The translations under genes were made by a program, and so were the position numbers. The notes below the pieces were generated by a model. The model was not told where the DNA came from. It ran no database searches and worked only from the letters and a program-made list of their open reading frames with translations. A stretch of DNA of 63,999 nt, filler included, from Circinaria calcarea (taxonomy: Eukaryota): assembly GCA_051942165.1 (NCBI GenBank). It is 6 parts of 6 records of this genome, joined end to end, with 100 filler letters (N's around TTAATTAATTAA, not from the genome) between each part and the next. Parts side by side here need not be neighbours in the genome. Positions count along the whole stretch, not along the records: positions 32,151 to 42,759 come from JAVECS010000787.1; positions 42,860 to 53,457 come from JAVECS010000788.1; 4 more parts are not named here. The stretch is one strand, 5' to 3'. Shown here in pieces: positions 39,078-51,883 of this stretch (position 1 is its first letter; every line of letters begins with the position of its first letter).

Positions 39078-40618
39078 TTCCTCTTCCTCTCACCAACTAA
39101 GTTGAAATCGATCCGGGAATCCCCAACACGCAGCCTGGCTATCTAGGCCTTGGAGCTACCGAACTCGGAAGCAAGCTGAGGTGCTCTTCCAAGCCGGAGC
39201 TATACTCGTATCCTACCTGATCGATCTAGCTTGACTACCTCCTCCGACGCCTTTCTTGCCCAACCGCAGTCTGCTCGCCCGCCAATTACGGCACTCTTAG
39301 CAATACTTGAAACAAGTATTGTATGTAAGATTTGTGGGTATCGATCCTAGGCGGATGGATGACGTTTTCACTCTAGAAATAGAGCAATCGGTGTAGAGAC
39401 AACAGGCCACTGGGATTGAAGCGAACCGATCGCCAGGCTTTGCTTTGAATGCTGGTAGAGAAGTAGCTTGTACTGATACGCAATAGTTGCCAAAGTACCT
39501 AAAAACAAGTCAGCAAGAGCCTGTGTAACGTGGGGCTTTGGTCAGGTTGCTATAAGAGTGTTGTTGAGCGGAAAGTGAACATGCGAGCGCAAACAAGGCC
39601 CCAAAATAAGCACACGATGCATTGAGCGGTCTCACGAGACAAGTATCATGATACCGGGCGTTTTGTACGTACTGGAAAAACGCCTCTTCGTCAAGAGAAA
39701 TCGGACCACTCAGAGGGTAATTTGGCAAACGGCCGCGCCGATCACCCAAATTATCTAAGTCGAGGTGTGGGGGGGGGGCCGCAATCCGTACAAGGCAATT
39801 CACGAATATCTGGCCACCGACACAGCTCGTGGGCGGTGTAGTACACGGTCGTATCCGGTCGTCACCAAAACTATGGAGAGTGGGAAGGGGAGAGAAACGA
39901 AGGAGGAACAGGATGTTTGGTGCTGAAGTGACCTGACGCAGAGTGTTTTTTTCGTGAAGCTAGCGCTGTGTGGTACGGTACCTAGATTCAACCTTACTGC
40001 ACCCGAAGATGTGACGGAAGCGCAGTTTGGGTGACCGATGCTCCGGAACGGCCCCTCGGCCTCCCGTCTTCAAGCTCGTCCATCAGGTCAATTGGTTGTC
40101 TACAGCATCCATGCCTTTCATACAGTCTACGCTGAGGTTGATCCTAGATACGAATCATCTATGCCCAGGCTACACAGTATCGTGTCGCACTCGAGCGGAC
40201 AAGGGGTAAACCGCGGGCCAACGCATTCACTCTATTTTCACACATGACATAGTGCTTGCCCATGCCATACAATCTTCAGGATCTCTAGCCATTTCTATCC
40301 GTGTCCGACCAAGAGGAACTTGTTATACGCAACAACACGAGAAGAAGACCGGCTTGACTATCTCGTTTTAAAGGGTCAAGGACATCATTGTTTCAGCGAC
40401 CTTTGAAGGCCTCCGATATCTCACGTGGCGTAGTGGTAACATCTCACACGACTGGACGAGCTTCTTCCGATCTTCGCCAGCTGGGAAACGCCGCGCATCA
40501 ATCGGTTCGTTTACAAAGCGAGCCAAAGAAGCGTGTCACGTTCTTCACGAGTGATTGAAAGCTGTTCCGAGGGGTGCCCTGGAGTTATTAGCCGGTACGT
40601 TCTCCACGTCACAGTTAC

Positions 40619-42124
40619 TCACACTGTTAGAGTCCTCCTTTCCAAGGGAGCTTCCTGCTCGTCGACTTCATGATTCACCTCCTCCTCCGGGTCACTGATA
40701 AGGTCAGCCTCTGATTCATATCGCCACAGATTCTCTTCTCCGTCGTAGAGCCATTTCATCGTATCCCTATCATCTACCTCAAGCAGCAGCTTCCTTCTTA
40801 AGCCCACTGTCAACCAATTGAGGCAATCGAGGTTCAGAGCAGAGCCTGCCGGTGTCTCAATAAGCACTCGAGGGATTCGAGCAAGATCACGCAAATGGTA
40901 TTGTTGCAAGCAGCCCTTCCAGGCTGGGATGTTGTCGGGAGCTTTTCTTATCCAGTCTCTGTTCATGATCCGTATTTCCATTTCACTGGTAAACGACAGC
41001 TCAAGGGTCTGCAGCTGCATCCTTCTAGCCAAGAATAAGAGTAATGTGGGTTTAATCCTCGCCCCACTTCCTACTCTAACCGTTCTCACAAGCTCAAGCA
41101 ACCGTGGAGCAAGCTTCTTGACGTATCGGCGCTTGCACCCTTTGAAAAACCGTAAAAGCTGGGCATCGTATTTTCGTATCGGCGAGGTGAATATACCGAA
41201 GCTATAGAGGACTATTTCCGCTTCATCACGAATTTGTTGGCAAGTACTTAGTAAAGGGATTACATTCTTGGTGGTAGTGTCAAGCCAGGGTTTGATGTAT
41301 GGGTGTATGCGACGGTTCGCGGGCAACAGTGCAAAACGGTATACCCGGTCGCGAACGCTCCGGTCAAGGTCAAGGAAACGGAACGGCAAATTTTGTCGGC
41401 AGTTATTGTAGTCTTGAGGTCCGCTGGCCACAACATTATTGGAAGGACGCTTGGGTTGCTGCAGCAAGCTCGACTTAAGCCAAGGGAGGAACTCGTCTTT
41501 GAATTCCGGGAAGTCATAAATGACGCCGCCTTTGATGACCGGAATGTCAAAGTATGTTAAACTCTTGATCTGTAAGATTGCTTCGACCCATTCTTTATCC
41601 TTTCTGCATGTCTCAACCCACCACGGCCCTTCTCGTTCATCGCCCGGGCCCCATAGTATAAGACTGTGAAGGTTCGGACATTCGTTGGCTAAGAAGGCCA
41701 TGAAGTATTTCCAATCAAGGAGAGATATCGTGGCATGATAGGACTCCGAGTAGCATTTTCGCTCAACTCTGCGGATTAACCTTCGAAGTCTCCTTGGAAA
41801 GGTTTCGAAGAATTCATACGAAAGCTTCACTGAGTCGGACCAGTCCTGGTACATGAGGTTCCACGAAGAAGTACCATACAGGATTGCCTCTGACTCAATT
41901 TGCAGTTGACGACAGGTACGAATAATTGCGACTTCAAACTTGGGCTTGAAGGCCGCGTCCCAATGATATGGAAAGATCTGTCGAACTGCAGTTGGTGCCA
42001 ATCCAAGGTTATTCTGGTCATACTCTTCAGGATGCTTCTCATCAGGGAAGGGTACCTCGCCGATGATCTGGTCTCTGATTTCTGCTGGCAAACGAAGGAA
42101 AGCGGAGGTATGGTCTGTTGCCAT
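40619..42124 (-). CDS. Hypothetical 501-aa protein with two tandem F-box-like modules
   Basis: Intronless ORF. FLRLPAEIRDQI...IIRTCRQLQIESEAILY recurs as FLDLDRSVRDRVY...LLSTCQQIRDEAEIVLY. Confidence 0.75.
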   Translation of the reverse strand: MATDHTSAFLRLPAEIRDQIIGEVPFPDEKHPEEYDQNNLGLAPTAVRQIFPYHWDAAFKPKFEVAIIRTCRQLQIESEAILYGTSSWNLMYQDWSDSVKLSYEFFETFPRRLRRLIRRVERKCYSESYHATISLLDWKYFMAFLANECPNLHSLILWGPGDEREGPWWVETCRKDKEWVEAILQIKSLTYFDIPVIKGGVIYDFPEFKDEFLPWLKSSLLQQPKRPSNNVVASGPQDYNNCRQNLPFRFLDLDRSVRDRVYRFALLPANRRIHPYIKPWLDTTTKNVIPLLSTCQQIRDEAEIVLYSFGIFTSPIRKYDAQLLRFFKGCKRRYVKKLAPRLLELVRTVRVGSGARIKPTLLLFLARRMQLQTLELSFTSEMEIRIMNRDWIRKAPDNIPAWKGCLQQYHLRDLARIPRVLIETPAGSALNLDCLNWLTVGLRRKLLLEVDDRDTMKWLYDGEENLWRYESEADLISDPEEEVNHEVDEQEAPLERRTLTV

Positions 42125-42759
42125 GATGGCAAAGTGTACTTGAGATCAAAGAAGCTCAAGTACTTGTTGGATCCGCGTATGCGACGCCCAAGGAAATGAG
42201 CTCTTCTATAGAGGTCGCAGGTGATTTTAGAACGCGGTGGTGTTCCTTAAGCAAGGTGTGAAAAAGGGCAAGGGTAAATGTCAATTAGGCAGCAGTTGCT
42301 GGTAGATCTTCAAGCAGTCGGTTGAGTATGATATCAACCCAGAGCTCCATCTAGCGTCAGGTATTGACCTAATACTATATGAGATAATCTTTTCCTGTGC
42401 AATGTGTACGAATATCTAGATATCTTCATTTTGTCATTAAAACATGAAATATCAAACAGATTCAGATGGCTAGAGCAGTTGGACAAATTACACGCGCCAA
42501 TGCTAAAAACAGCCTTGACCCTGGATAGCTTCATAGGGTCAGAATAACCCGAATACCCCTGTCCAAAAACCACCTCCCGAATCTTCAACCACCAAAAAAA
42601 CCCCGCCCCACCACAATCGTGAAAAAGCTCCAGTAGCAATGGCCTACCCCCAACCAAGACCTTCGTACTCTCAGGATCCTCAAATATCCTACCAAGCCCC
42701 AACACCCCACTTCGCACCCAAACCCTTCGATTCCAGTACCCCTCCGCCCCCCCCCCCCC

Positions 42760-42859
42760 NNNNNNNNNNNNNNNNNNNNNNNNNNNNNNNNNNNNNNNNN
42801 NNNTTAATTAATTAANNNNNNNNNNNNNNNNNNNNNNNNNNNNNNNNNNNNNNNNNNNN
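42760..42859. other. Artificial contig linker
   Basis: N44-TTAATTAATTAA-N44. Confidence 0.98.
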
Positions 42860-43907
42860 ATCCCTCCCCCAAGAAGGCCCAGCCCACCAACCGACCATCC
42901 ATCCAGAGCAGAGTAGAGCGACCAAAAAAACTCCACCAAAGCTCTGCAGTTTCGTTTCCCTATTCAATCACCATCGATAGCACTGATACCCGTCTTTCAA
43001 GAAACGCCTTTTGAAAACATTACTATAGCGTAGGGTAGGTGAAACAGGATTGATCCCTTTCTCCCCGCCCCCCTTCCCGTTCTCAAAAACCTTCGACCTT
43101 CTCAACCTATCTATCTGTTTCAAGGTCGATGTTGCTCGACTTGGGGGTTTTTTTTTGTTTTTTTTAGTGTGCTCGCTTACCTTACTTCCAAACGATGAGG
43201 AGGGAGGGAGATATGATTTGACAATTGAGTTTTCCTCGCCAAACCCAATGCAAAGCAAACGCAAAGCTGGAATGGGGATCTCCTTAAAAAGAAAATTTGA
43301 AAAAGAGATTTCGATAGAGCGGTGGAAAAAGCCAAAGGCCCGCGAGACATGGGATGGGATGGGATGGGGCTTTTTCATTTCATTTTTGGTACGGATGTAC
43401 AGATGTCCTCCGTAATGAATGTATGAACTATTTGGAATGTATGAAATTGGATACCTAGATTGGGAAAGGGGGCAGGTCCTGTACCTTATAGTAAGAGGCT
43501 AAGAGCGCCCTTCTAATCTGGATTCAGGGGAAATATTGTCAGTGAACGAGCGAGGGGAGTTTTCTTTTCCTATTGGGGGAAAAGGGGGGAGGGGGCTTTG
43601 AGGCCTTTTTTTTTGGGCTGGGAGTGAGTTCTTAATAAGTATGTCTTATGTCGTATGCCAAGGAGATGGATCCAGATTGTGTACTGTAGAAAACATCGGG
43701 TTCCTTCTATTTGTGGGGGTTCGAATAAAGATAAGACAAGGTAAATTAGTTATGAACTTACGGGACTGGTCGCTTTTCCAAGAACCAAAAAAAAAACGAA
43801 TAGACTTCCCGTAGATAAATATTCAATCACTTTCACCATCTGAGGAATGGCTTTGGTTTTTTGCCATTCGCATTATGTCATCTCAGATACACCATTCTAC
43901 CTATAGC

Positions 43908-46168
43908 CTACTTCCCCCCTTTACCGGTCGGAACGGCAAACAGCACCGCCGGCTCCCCATGCCCAAAAGCCCGATCGACGCGAAAATACCCCTTCCGCTC
44001 AAACTGAATCACCTCATGCTGCCTCAACGCCGCGACATTTCCATCCGCCAGCGCGGGCGTCCGGAACTCCGTCACCGGCGTTAAGAAATCCTCCACCTTC
44101 TCATCTTCCTCAATCTTATCCTTGCTGATCAGGAAATCGAAATCGACGAGTTCGACGGGAATCAACTCTTGTCCCTCGGTCGAGAGCCATGTGATTTTCT
44201 TGGCCGTGGTTTTGACGTCCCCTTGGAGGTGCAGATCAAGCTCGAGATGCGTGACGGTGGAGAGGGAGAGGGGGTTGAGGGAATGTGTGATTTTGCGGAC
44301 AATGGCGTTGCCCCAGTTCATGAGGGTGATTTCTTCGTCCTGGGCGAATGTGGCGGCGTCTTCTTGGTCGATGAGAATATTTTGGCTGAAGGCGACTTTT
44401 TTGGTGCCGAGGGAAGGGTTCTTGCCATGTTTGGGTTTATCCTCGGTATAGGGAGCTACTCGGGCACCTCTGATTGTGGTTGGAACGGCTTTCTCCTTGG
44501 TGACGGCCGTATGACGGGGTGCGATAGGATCAATGTACTTTTTGTTTGTTGCCCAAAAGAGGGTCCAATCAAGGTTGACGATGTTTCGGCTGGGACCTTG
44601 CTTAAGGATAAATTCGCGAAGGGCTTCGATTGTCATTCCTCTTCGTCTGATCCCTCTGATTGTCGGAAATCGGGGGTCATCCCAGCCCCAGACTATACCT
44701 TGTTCGACGAATTTGGTGAGCTTTCGTTTCGATAGGAGGGTACGAACAAAGTTCATGCGGGCAAAATCCCAAATATGCACCTTTCGAAGACTGAGAGCCT
44801 CCTGCATCCACTCGTACTGAGGATTGCGGTCTCGATATTCAATCGTTCTTAAAGCATGCGTGACACCTTCAAGAGAATCAACAATAGGCACACAAAAATC
44901 GTATGTCGGGTAGATTTTCCATTTGTCTCCTGTTCGATGATGTGGTTGCGGGTTGCAGCGGTATATCACTGGATCTCGCATGGCCTTGTTGGGATTATCC
45001 ACGGACATTTTGGCTCTGATACACCACTTTACCCCCTCCTCCGTACCCTTCTTCATCTCCTCGAAATGCCCGAGATTATCTTCTACGCTGTCACCTCTTC
45101 TCTTACTCGCTATCCCATTCATCCGCTCATCTCGCATCACCATCTGCTCGGTATCATCTGCATAAGCTTTTCCCTCTTCCAGCATAGTTACGCAATATTG
45201 ATACATCTCTTCAAAGTAATCACTCGAATAACTAGTTTTGTCTGGTTTGATCCCCATCAAAGCCAGGTCTTCAACGATAGCATCTTGGAATTCTTCCTTC
45301 TCCTTGGATGGATTCGTGTCATCAAATCGACAGATGAGAGTGCCTTTGTACTTTTCATGAGCAAAGTAGTCGTTTAGTAAAGCTGCCTTTGCGTGGCCAA
45401 TGTGTAGATACCCCCTGAAATAGTTGTGAGTGCGATTCGAAGTCAGGGCTGCCCTGGCCGATGAGACTCACGATGGCTCGGGAGGGAATCTTGTGACCAC
45501 TCCCTTTTCTGTCTCGGGTAGAGCGATCTCATAACTAGCGCCTTCCTTACTCTTTGCAGCCTTTTTCTCCTGGGCGACAGCATTCATGGACTGAATGACC
45601 GTGGCAATCCACGGATTTGTCTCCTCCACGAATCTAAACCATCGGCTCACGTTTAACATACTCCCCTTCTTGATGGCTGCATATCCAACTTTATTGCCCC
45701 TGATTGCGCCCCAGACCGACAGATCGGCAGCTGTGAGGGTGTAGCCTACAACGTAGGATCGTAGCGTCAGGTGCGAGTCGAGTTCGAGAAGGGGACTTTC
45801 CACGGCTTTGAAGTCGGTAGGATAAAACGGTACAGTACGAGCAAGCCATTCTTTGACCTACAAGGCAATTGATATTTTAAAAATACTAATTAATGAGAGG
45901 GTAAACTTACGAGAGCCTCGCTCTTGCCCAGAATCAATGGATATTCTTCGAGAAGCTTATTTGCGGCTTTCTCGGATCCATGCACAGGACTGTCAGTTCC
46001 CAAAATTAGTTCTACAGCTGCTGCGTTTCCAGACTGGAAACCGTCGACTTCATGGTATTGGATGTTTATTGAAGCATTCGGATCAGTCTCATTTGCGTGC
46101 GTTGCGATAAGGAGTGCGGGAAGAAATGTAGCTTGGTTCGCTTTGGAGGCTATGTTCAGCGTGGCCAT
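43908..46168 (-). CDS. GUS1: Cytoplasmic glutamyl-tRNA synthetase
   Basis: Exons 46168-45911, 45857-45472, 45414-43908. GST-like N-domain, VVTRFPPEPSGYLHIGH, RFDDTNP, YPTYDF, LSKRKL, GWDDPRFPT, QFERKGYF. Confidence 0.96.
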
Positions 46169-46374
46169 GTTTGTCAAGACAGTTCCTGAAACCTCTACCG
46201 TGATAGATACTAGAGAGACGCCCAGTATCGAAATCTGAGGGGTGAGAAGATTAGGGCTGCAGGGAAGATGAGCACCCGGTACCCTTGCCCCGGCTACGGG
46301 AGGATACCTCCGAATGACCGACATTGCCAAACGACATTGGTCAAGCTCTCTCTATACTTGTAACTGCAAATAAG

Positions 46375-47397
46375 ATGACTTCAAAAGGTCTACAAAGAAC
46401 ATGTGTAAGCTCTAGAAATCTTTCGTCAACCATCCAGTGCCAGTATCGACCCCGACTACCACCCATCACTGCGCCTGTCCTCCCAAAAAGAACCGCATCC
46501 GGACTTTCCAAGATTCCTAAAAACCAGAAAGCGAAAGCTGCTGAACCAGTGAAAAAGCGAAAAGCTCGCAATGATTTCGTGAGACACAGTCTTAAGGATG
46601 CTCAACAGTTCGCCCTCTGTGACGCTATGAGGTGCTCCTACTCCGCTCATGCCATAGTAAGCCTTCCTAACAGCTCGCCAGGTATATTCGCGCCTTCGAG
46701 GTCGGTCGGTCACCGACATCCTCCAAATACGAAGTACATGTTACATTGAAGACCCTTAAGAATGGTCCCGTGGTTCGCAATCGCCTACGTTTACCTCATG
46801 CCGTAGATACGTCCCAGCGCATATGCGTGATTTGCCCCCCGGATTCTCCTGCTGCCAAGGCAGCGATCAAGGCTGGAGCCTCACTCGTCGGCGAAGAGAC
46901 GGTATTCGATGCGGTCAAGGAGGGTCGGATTGAGTTTGATAGGTGCATATGTCATGTGAACAGCTCTCAGAAGTTGAACAAGGCAGGCTTGGGACGTGTA
47001 CTGGGACCAAAGGGGCTAATGCCAAGTGCAAAAAATGGGACTGTGGTGAAGGATGTGGCGGGTAGCATAAAAGAAATGGTCGGCGGAAGCGAATACCGGG
47101 AGAGACTGGGCGTCATTCGTATGGCCGTTGGGCAGCTCGGTTTTACACCAGAGGAGATGCAAAGGAACATAAGAGCCTTCATGGATGGACTGAAGAAAGA
47201 CCTTGCGCTGCTCAGTGATAAGATAAGTAAAGAAGTCCACGAAGTGGTGAGTTCTATGCGCATGGACAATGATCTCCCAGTGTTTTGTCTAACCTCCTCG
47301 ACAGGTTCTCAGTTCGACAAATGCTCCAGGATTCAGCCTTAACGGCGATTTCAGAAGCTCGACATCTCTTCCTTCGCGCGATTTAGCCATTATATAG
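46375..47397 (+). CDS. MRPL1: Mitochondrial ribosomal protein uL1m
   Basis: Exons 46375-46631, 46682-47246, 47305-47397. Basic presequence-like N-terminus; RLPH, LGRVLGPKGLMPSAKNGTV, VLSSTNAPG. Confidence 0.92.
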
Positions 47398-47916
47398 GTA
47401 GAAAAACTCTCCTTGAAACTTGTCATCCACTCTATATTGCTACATGGACATCCTTACGTAACTTAGTAGTCACTGCTACCTCGTAATTCTTTGAACATGT
47501 TAGACACTCCTAGTTTTTTGTATCAAGGGTACTACATTTGGTACTTGCTAGTTACCATAATGCTAGACTGTCTCCTTTATGAGCTAGTGAAAAGAAAATA
47601 ATTGAATGATCATCTCCATTTGGATACATATGCTGATGGCGAAGTGTAAAATGTTCTGATTACTTGGTGGAAAAGCAATCCAATTTATTGGCACGTGCAA
47701 GATCGGGTTTTAGAGGTTATATTTTATTATTGTTTCTGATTCTTTGGCGAGGATGTCGTGGGTGGTCTAGGTGCTAAGACCCGAGTCAGCCAGTGAAGAG
47801 AATTCTGAGGCTAACCCGAGAGACGAACTTTCTACCAGAGCATTGACGTGTTTCAACCGCCCCGTCCGCCCCAGGGGAAATGGTGTATCATCAGCTAAGC
47901 ACTAAAGGAGTACAGT

Positions 47917-48020
47917 AAGGGTTAGGGGGATTGCCTGGAGGCCGCATCCCCCCAAGATCCCTTACGAGAACCTTTTTGCCATTTGCTGAAAGGTCATGGG
48001 TTCGAATCTCGTTGCCCTTG
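47917..48020 (+). tRNA. Degenerate, probably intron-containing tRNA-like sequence; isotype unreadable
   Basis: 3' half is canonical: variable loop AGGTC, T-arm ATGGG-TTCGAAT-CTCGT, acceptor 3' TGCCCTT pairing 6/7 with 5' AAGGGTT. D and anticodon arms do not fold cleanly. Confidence 0.4.
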
Positions 48021-48503
48021 AAACTTTGTTTTGGATTTTTGGAAATTTTTTTTGGCCTTGTTTACGGAATTCCCTTCAATCTGAAAATACGGGTATTGGA
48101 CGTTCCGAGACTTCTCGCTTTTAATTACAGCCCATTACCTCCTGCCTAAGTATGTTTATAGCTATCTAGCCCAAGGCACGTATATTACCTTTATATATGC
48201 ATGGATGATTTGAATCTTTAAATCGCTATACCTCTTTTTGGTTACAAAATTTAATTGTCTTTTGGAGGCGGTATACTAGCATGTTAGTTAGACTTGAGAC
48301 GCACATGTTGAAAGTCAATTTGAATTATATTTAGAGGATACTGAAGTCAAGCGGGAATACTAGGAAGGCGAGGCTCCTGGGCATACAAATGGTAAAGTTT
48401 CAGAGAGGAGGTTAGGACTACTAAGCTTAGACAGAGTTCTACGAATAACAGACATGGCGAGGTTGAGATTAGTCATTAAGGTCAAAACATTCGCGAGCTT
48501 TGT

Positions 48504-49396
48504 TTATTTTCTCAAGACCCTTAGGGCCTCGTCTGACTCGCCCATATCTCGATACAAAGCAGCTGCTTTCAGTACGTCTTCTTTCCCGTAATGATCAGGG
48601 CTGCCCTTCCTAGTTAGAATGTTGCTCAAGTCCAGCATTAACGTTTGCCTAAGTCTCGACAGCCTTTCCTCCTGCTTTATTAAGAATGGATGTTCCGCTC
48701 CGACCTTCTCCATAAGTCGTTTAATATAGATGTACTGCTGTACTCGTCTCTGCAGTCTCGACACAGAAAGTACGCTTGCATCTTCTTCGCCATCACTCTC
48801 CTCCTCGGTGTCGCTGATGTTGAATGGCTCATCCTTGTTATCCGGCGAATTCGCTCCCATCGATACCAACATGAGCTTTTCCTCCAGCTCCTCTAATCTC
48901 TGGTCGATTTCCAGCAAGCTCCTGCCTAGCTGCACCTCTTTTCTAATCTTCCTTCTCTCGTCTACCAACTTCTCCACCTCCTTCCTCCTGTCCTCTATCT
49001 TCTTCTTCAACCCTTCAACGTCCCTTCGAAATCCCAGTAATCCAACCGTGATCTCCTCGATCTTCTCCTCTCCGCCCTTGAGACTCCCGCCCAAAGAAAG
49101 GAAGTCTTGATAGTTGTTGTTCACCAGATCTAACAATTCCTTATTCAACTCTTGACTACGTGTGCGTAACTCTGTCCGTAGATCCTCGAGTGTCTGATGA
49201 CGGTTGTGGAGACTTGAGAGGAAAGCCGTGGGGTCAAAGTCCCGGGTCAGGAAGGCGGAGCGGGCCAGGGGTTTAGGATAGGGAAGGTTATCCTCGTCGG
49301 GATCAGAACCTGAGGAATCGGAGCCACCGAACTGGTGGATACAATTAGAGTCCTTGTCGTGACATGATCAATTGTACTTACATAAAAGCGATTCAT
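48504..49396 (-). CDS. COG2: Conserved oligomeric Golgi complex subunit 2
   Basis: Exons 49396-49382 and 49331-48504. FDPTAFLSSLHNRHQTLEDLRTEL...ELLDLVNNNYQDFLSLG. Confidence 0.9.
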
Positions 49397-49595
49397 GATT
49401 CGTCGAGGCAGTAAAGTGTGTTCCCGAGAGCTTGAATTGAAGTCTGACCTTGTTCAAGTCCAGCCCTAGATATATTTGCCGAGCTTCATCTCGCCGCGTC
49501 CCACCCGTATCATCTTTATAAGCAATCATGTCCTAGACACGACTTAGTGACGACGTGAACAGCCAATTATCAATACTACTACCTCAGCTCTCATC

Positions 49596-50721
49596 ATGGC
49601 CTCACCCCCTTATCGATCCCCCGCAGCATCCCCCCCATACACGCCGCATGCCACCATACCAAATGCCAAGAAACGCCCTTCGCTCACTGGCCACTCTCAG
49701 TTAAATCCAAGTAAACGTCGTAAACCCTCTTCTTTCTCAACCTCAGCAACATCTGCTCATCCTCTACGTCAAACCTCTTTTCCTCCCGAAGAGTCCATTA
49801 TCGGACATGATGCGCGGAGTCCTAGTGTTGATAGTGATTTCACGGGCATCACCGGAAGGCAAAGTGTCGGGACTTCTGCGACAGCTCCAAAGAAACCACG
49901 AGGAAGGAAGAAGAAAGGCCAGGAGAGTGTGAAGAGCGGGACCCCTAGAGGAAGAGCTGATGGTAGGAGCGCGACAGGACAAGCAGGCGATGATGGCGGA
50001 GAAGATGAAGAGGAGGATGAAGGTGATGCCGGCGCGGGCATGGTTGATGCTGGAGGAAAGGTTGATAAAGCTGCGGAGAAGAAGAAGATGGCGTATGTCA
50101 GTCCGACCTGCTATAGCGAGAGCTTGCGACTGACAGTTGGATCCGCAGAGTGCTAATTGATGCTTTCAACTCGGACCAAGCCAATCGCTACGATATGTAT
50201 CGACGAGCTAAGCTTAGGAAGGAGACGGTCCGCAAGGTATGAGCCTTTTGACATCCTTTTCTTTCATATCGGAGACTGATTGATATCTACAGATCACGAA
50301 TCAAACATTGTCCCAATCAGTTCCTCCTTCTGTGATTACAACTATCAATGGCTTCACTAAAGTCTTTATCGGCAACGTCATCGAACGCGCACGGGAAGTT
50401 CAACAGCAGTACGCGGCTGCCGAAAGAAGCTTACCATCACCTCGTCCGGAGGGTCCTATAAGTAGAGGTATCGTCCGCTCAGGGCAAGACGATTATCTCA
50501 ACGGAAATCTTCTAGGCCATAGTAGCCCTGATGTACTTTCACATAGACCAGGGGTACCAGACTCACTTGGTCCTCTTCTCCCAGATCACCTTCGTGAATC
50601 GCAACGACGATACCGACGGGATGGAGAGGGCGGAGGAGCAGGGCTGGCAGGGCTAAGTCTGGAGTTAGGATTGCCAGGGACCGGAGCTGCAAGATTACAG
50701 GGAAGGCGACTATTTCGATGA
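49596..50721 (+). CDS. TAF11: TFIID subunit 11 (hTAF28-like histone fold)
   Basis: Exons 49596-50092, 50149-50236, 50293-50721. QANRYDMYRRAKL...ITNQTLSQSV...GFTKVFIGNVIERAREVQ; GPLLPDHLRE. Confidence 0.9.
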
Positions 50722-50921
50722 ATAGCCTTGAGTGGCCGAGTTCATAGATGATCTGGAATTCCAATAGACAGGCAATGATTAATGACCACCGGGGGTCCAC
50801 TAGAGGAGTGTGAGTACGGTACGCCGGAAGGAGTGTGTCGCTTCGGATAACCATAGCTAAGGATTAAAAATTGACATTTCCATATTTGCGGAGCGGAATG
50901 TTCTAGTGGTAGTATTATACA

Positions 50922-51674
50922 TTATGCCTTCTTCCCGCCTTCAAAGTCACTTTTCTGCAAATTCCGTGTCATGCTCGGCAACCTAACCCTTAGCCCATCG
51001 AGTTCCGGGGACATCTTCACCTGACAGCCTAACCTCGACGTCTCTGTCAACCCGAATGCCAAATCCAACATGTCGTTCTCGTCATCATCAGGTTCCGGCA
51101 TCGCGTCATATAATTCCTGTGACTCGACTATCACATGGCAGGTTGAGCAGGCACATGAGCCACCACAAGCGCCTGGGGATTTGCAAGGTTAGTATAGCCT
51201 CTGGGCAAGGGGCACAGTGTAGAGAGAGAATACCCTCCATTTCCAGATCCTCTGACTGGGCGATATCGAGGAGATTGTCGCCCTTTGCAACGGTGTAGGT
51301 ATGCTCATCGCCTTCCTTGTCGATGAATGTAACATGTAGTCTAGAGAGAGCGCGCCCATCAGCTACCGTGAAGACAATGAAACCTGCGCAAGTAGATTGA
51401 CTGACTCTTCACCGGGTTTGGGGGGCGTTAAATGGCCATGGGCTGCTACAGACGAAACAGAAAAGCGCCGCCTTGCCCTGGAGAAGAAAGTCTCTTCCCT
51501 TCGTATTCTCCGTTCCCTTGATTTTATTGAGGTCCTATGAATACCTGCAACCTGTTGACTCGGATACCATGCTCTTGCTTGGGATATGGATCTGTTCTGA
51601 CACGGAGACAATGGGCTTACTCTGCCATGTAAAGAAGTCCGAATAGTACGAAAAACTGGGCAGCATAAGGACAT
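50922..51674 (-). CDS. YAH1: Mitochondrial [2Fe-2S] ferredoxin (adrenodoxin homolog)
   Basis: Exons 51674-51406, 51340-51234, 51172-50922. Arg-rich presequence; MEGACGGSCACSTCH; ENDMLDLAFGLTETSRLGCQ. Confidence 0.95.
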
Positions 51675-51883
51675 GCTCAATTATCTGTGTTTACAGCAGA
51701 AATGGCTTTTGCGACAAATGCCGTTGCTGACGTCGTTTGAGCAGAAATTCGGTTTCCAGGCTTCCGGGGGGCAAGGCGAGGCGAAGATTCTTATCGCCGA
51801 AAGTTGCCCTGATTCGAAAACATCATCATTGTTTGGTCAACTTTGTACAACTCCGTCAATTCTCCCCGTCATCTAATTGCACA

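Noticed and set aside
43715..43730. GGTTCGAAT as a tRNA T-loop
   Set aside because: No T-stem or acceptor-stem pairing around it.
51737..51883. N-terminal extension of UGO1 in the ORF track
   Set aside because: Begins at TTG within the bidirectional promoter; conserved-looking sequence starts at ATG 51884.
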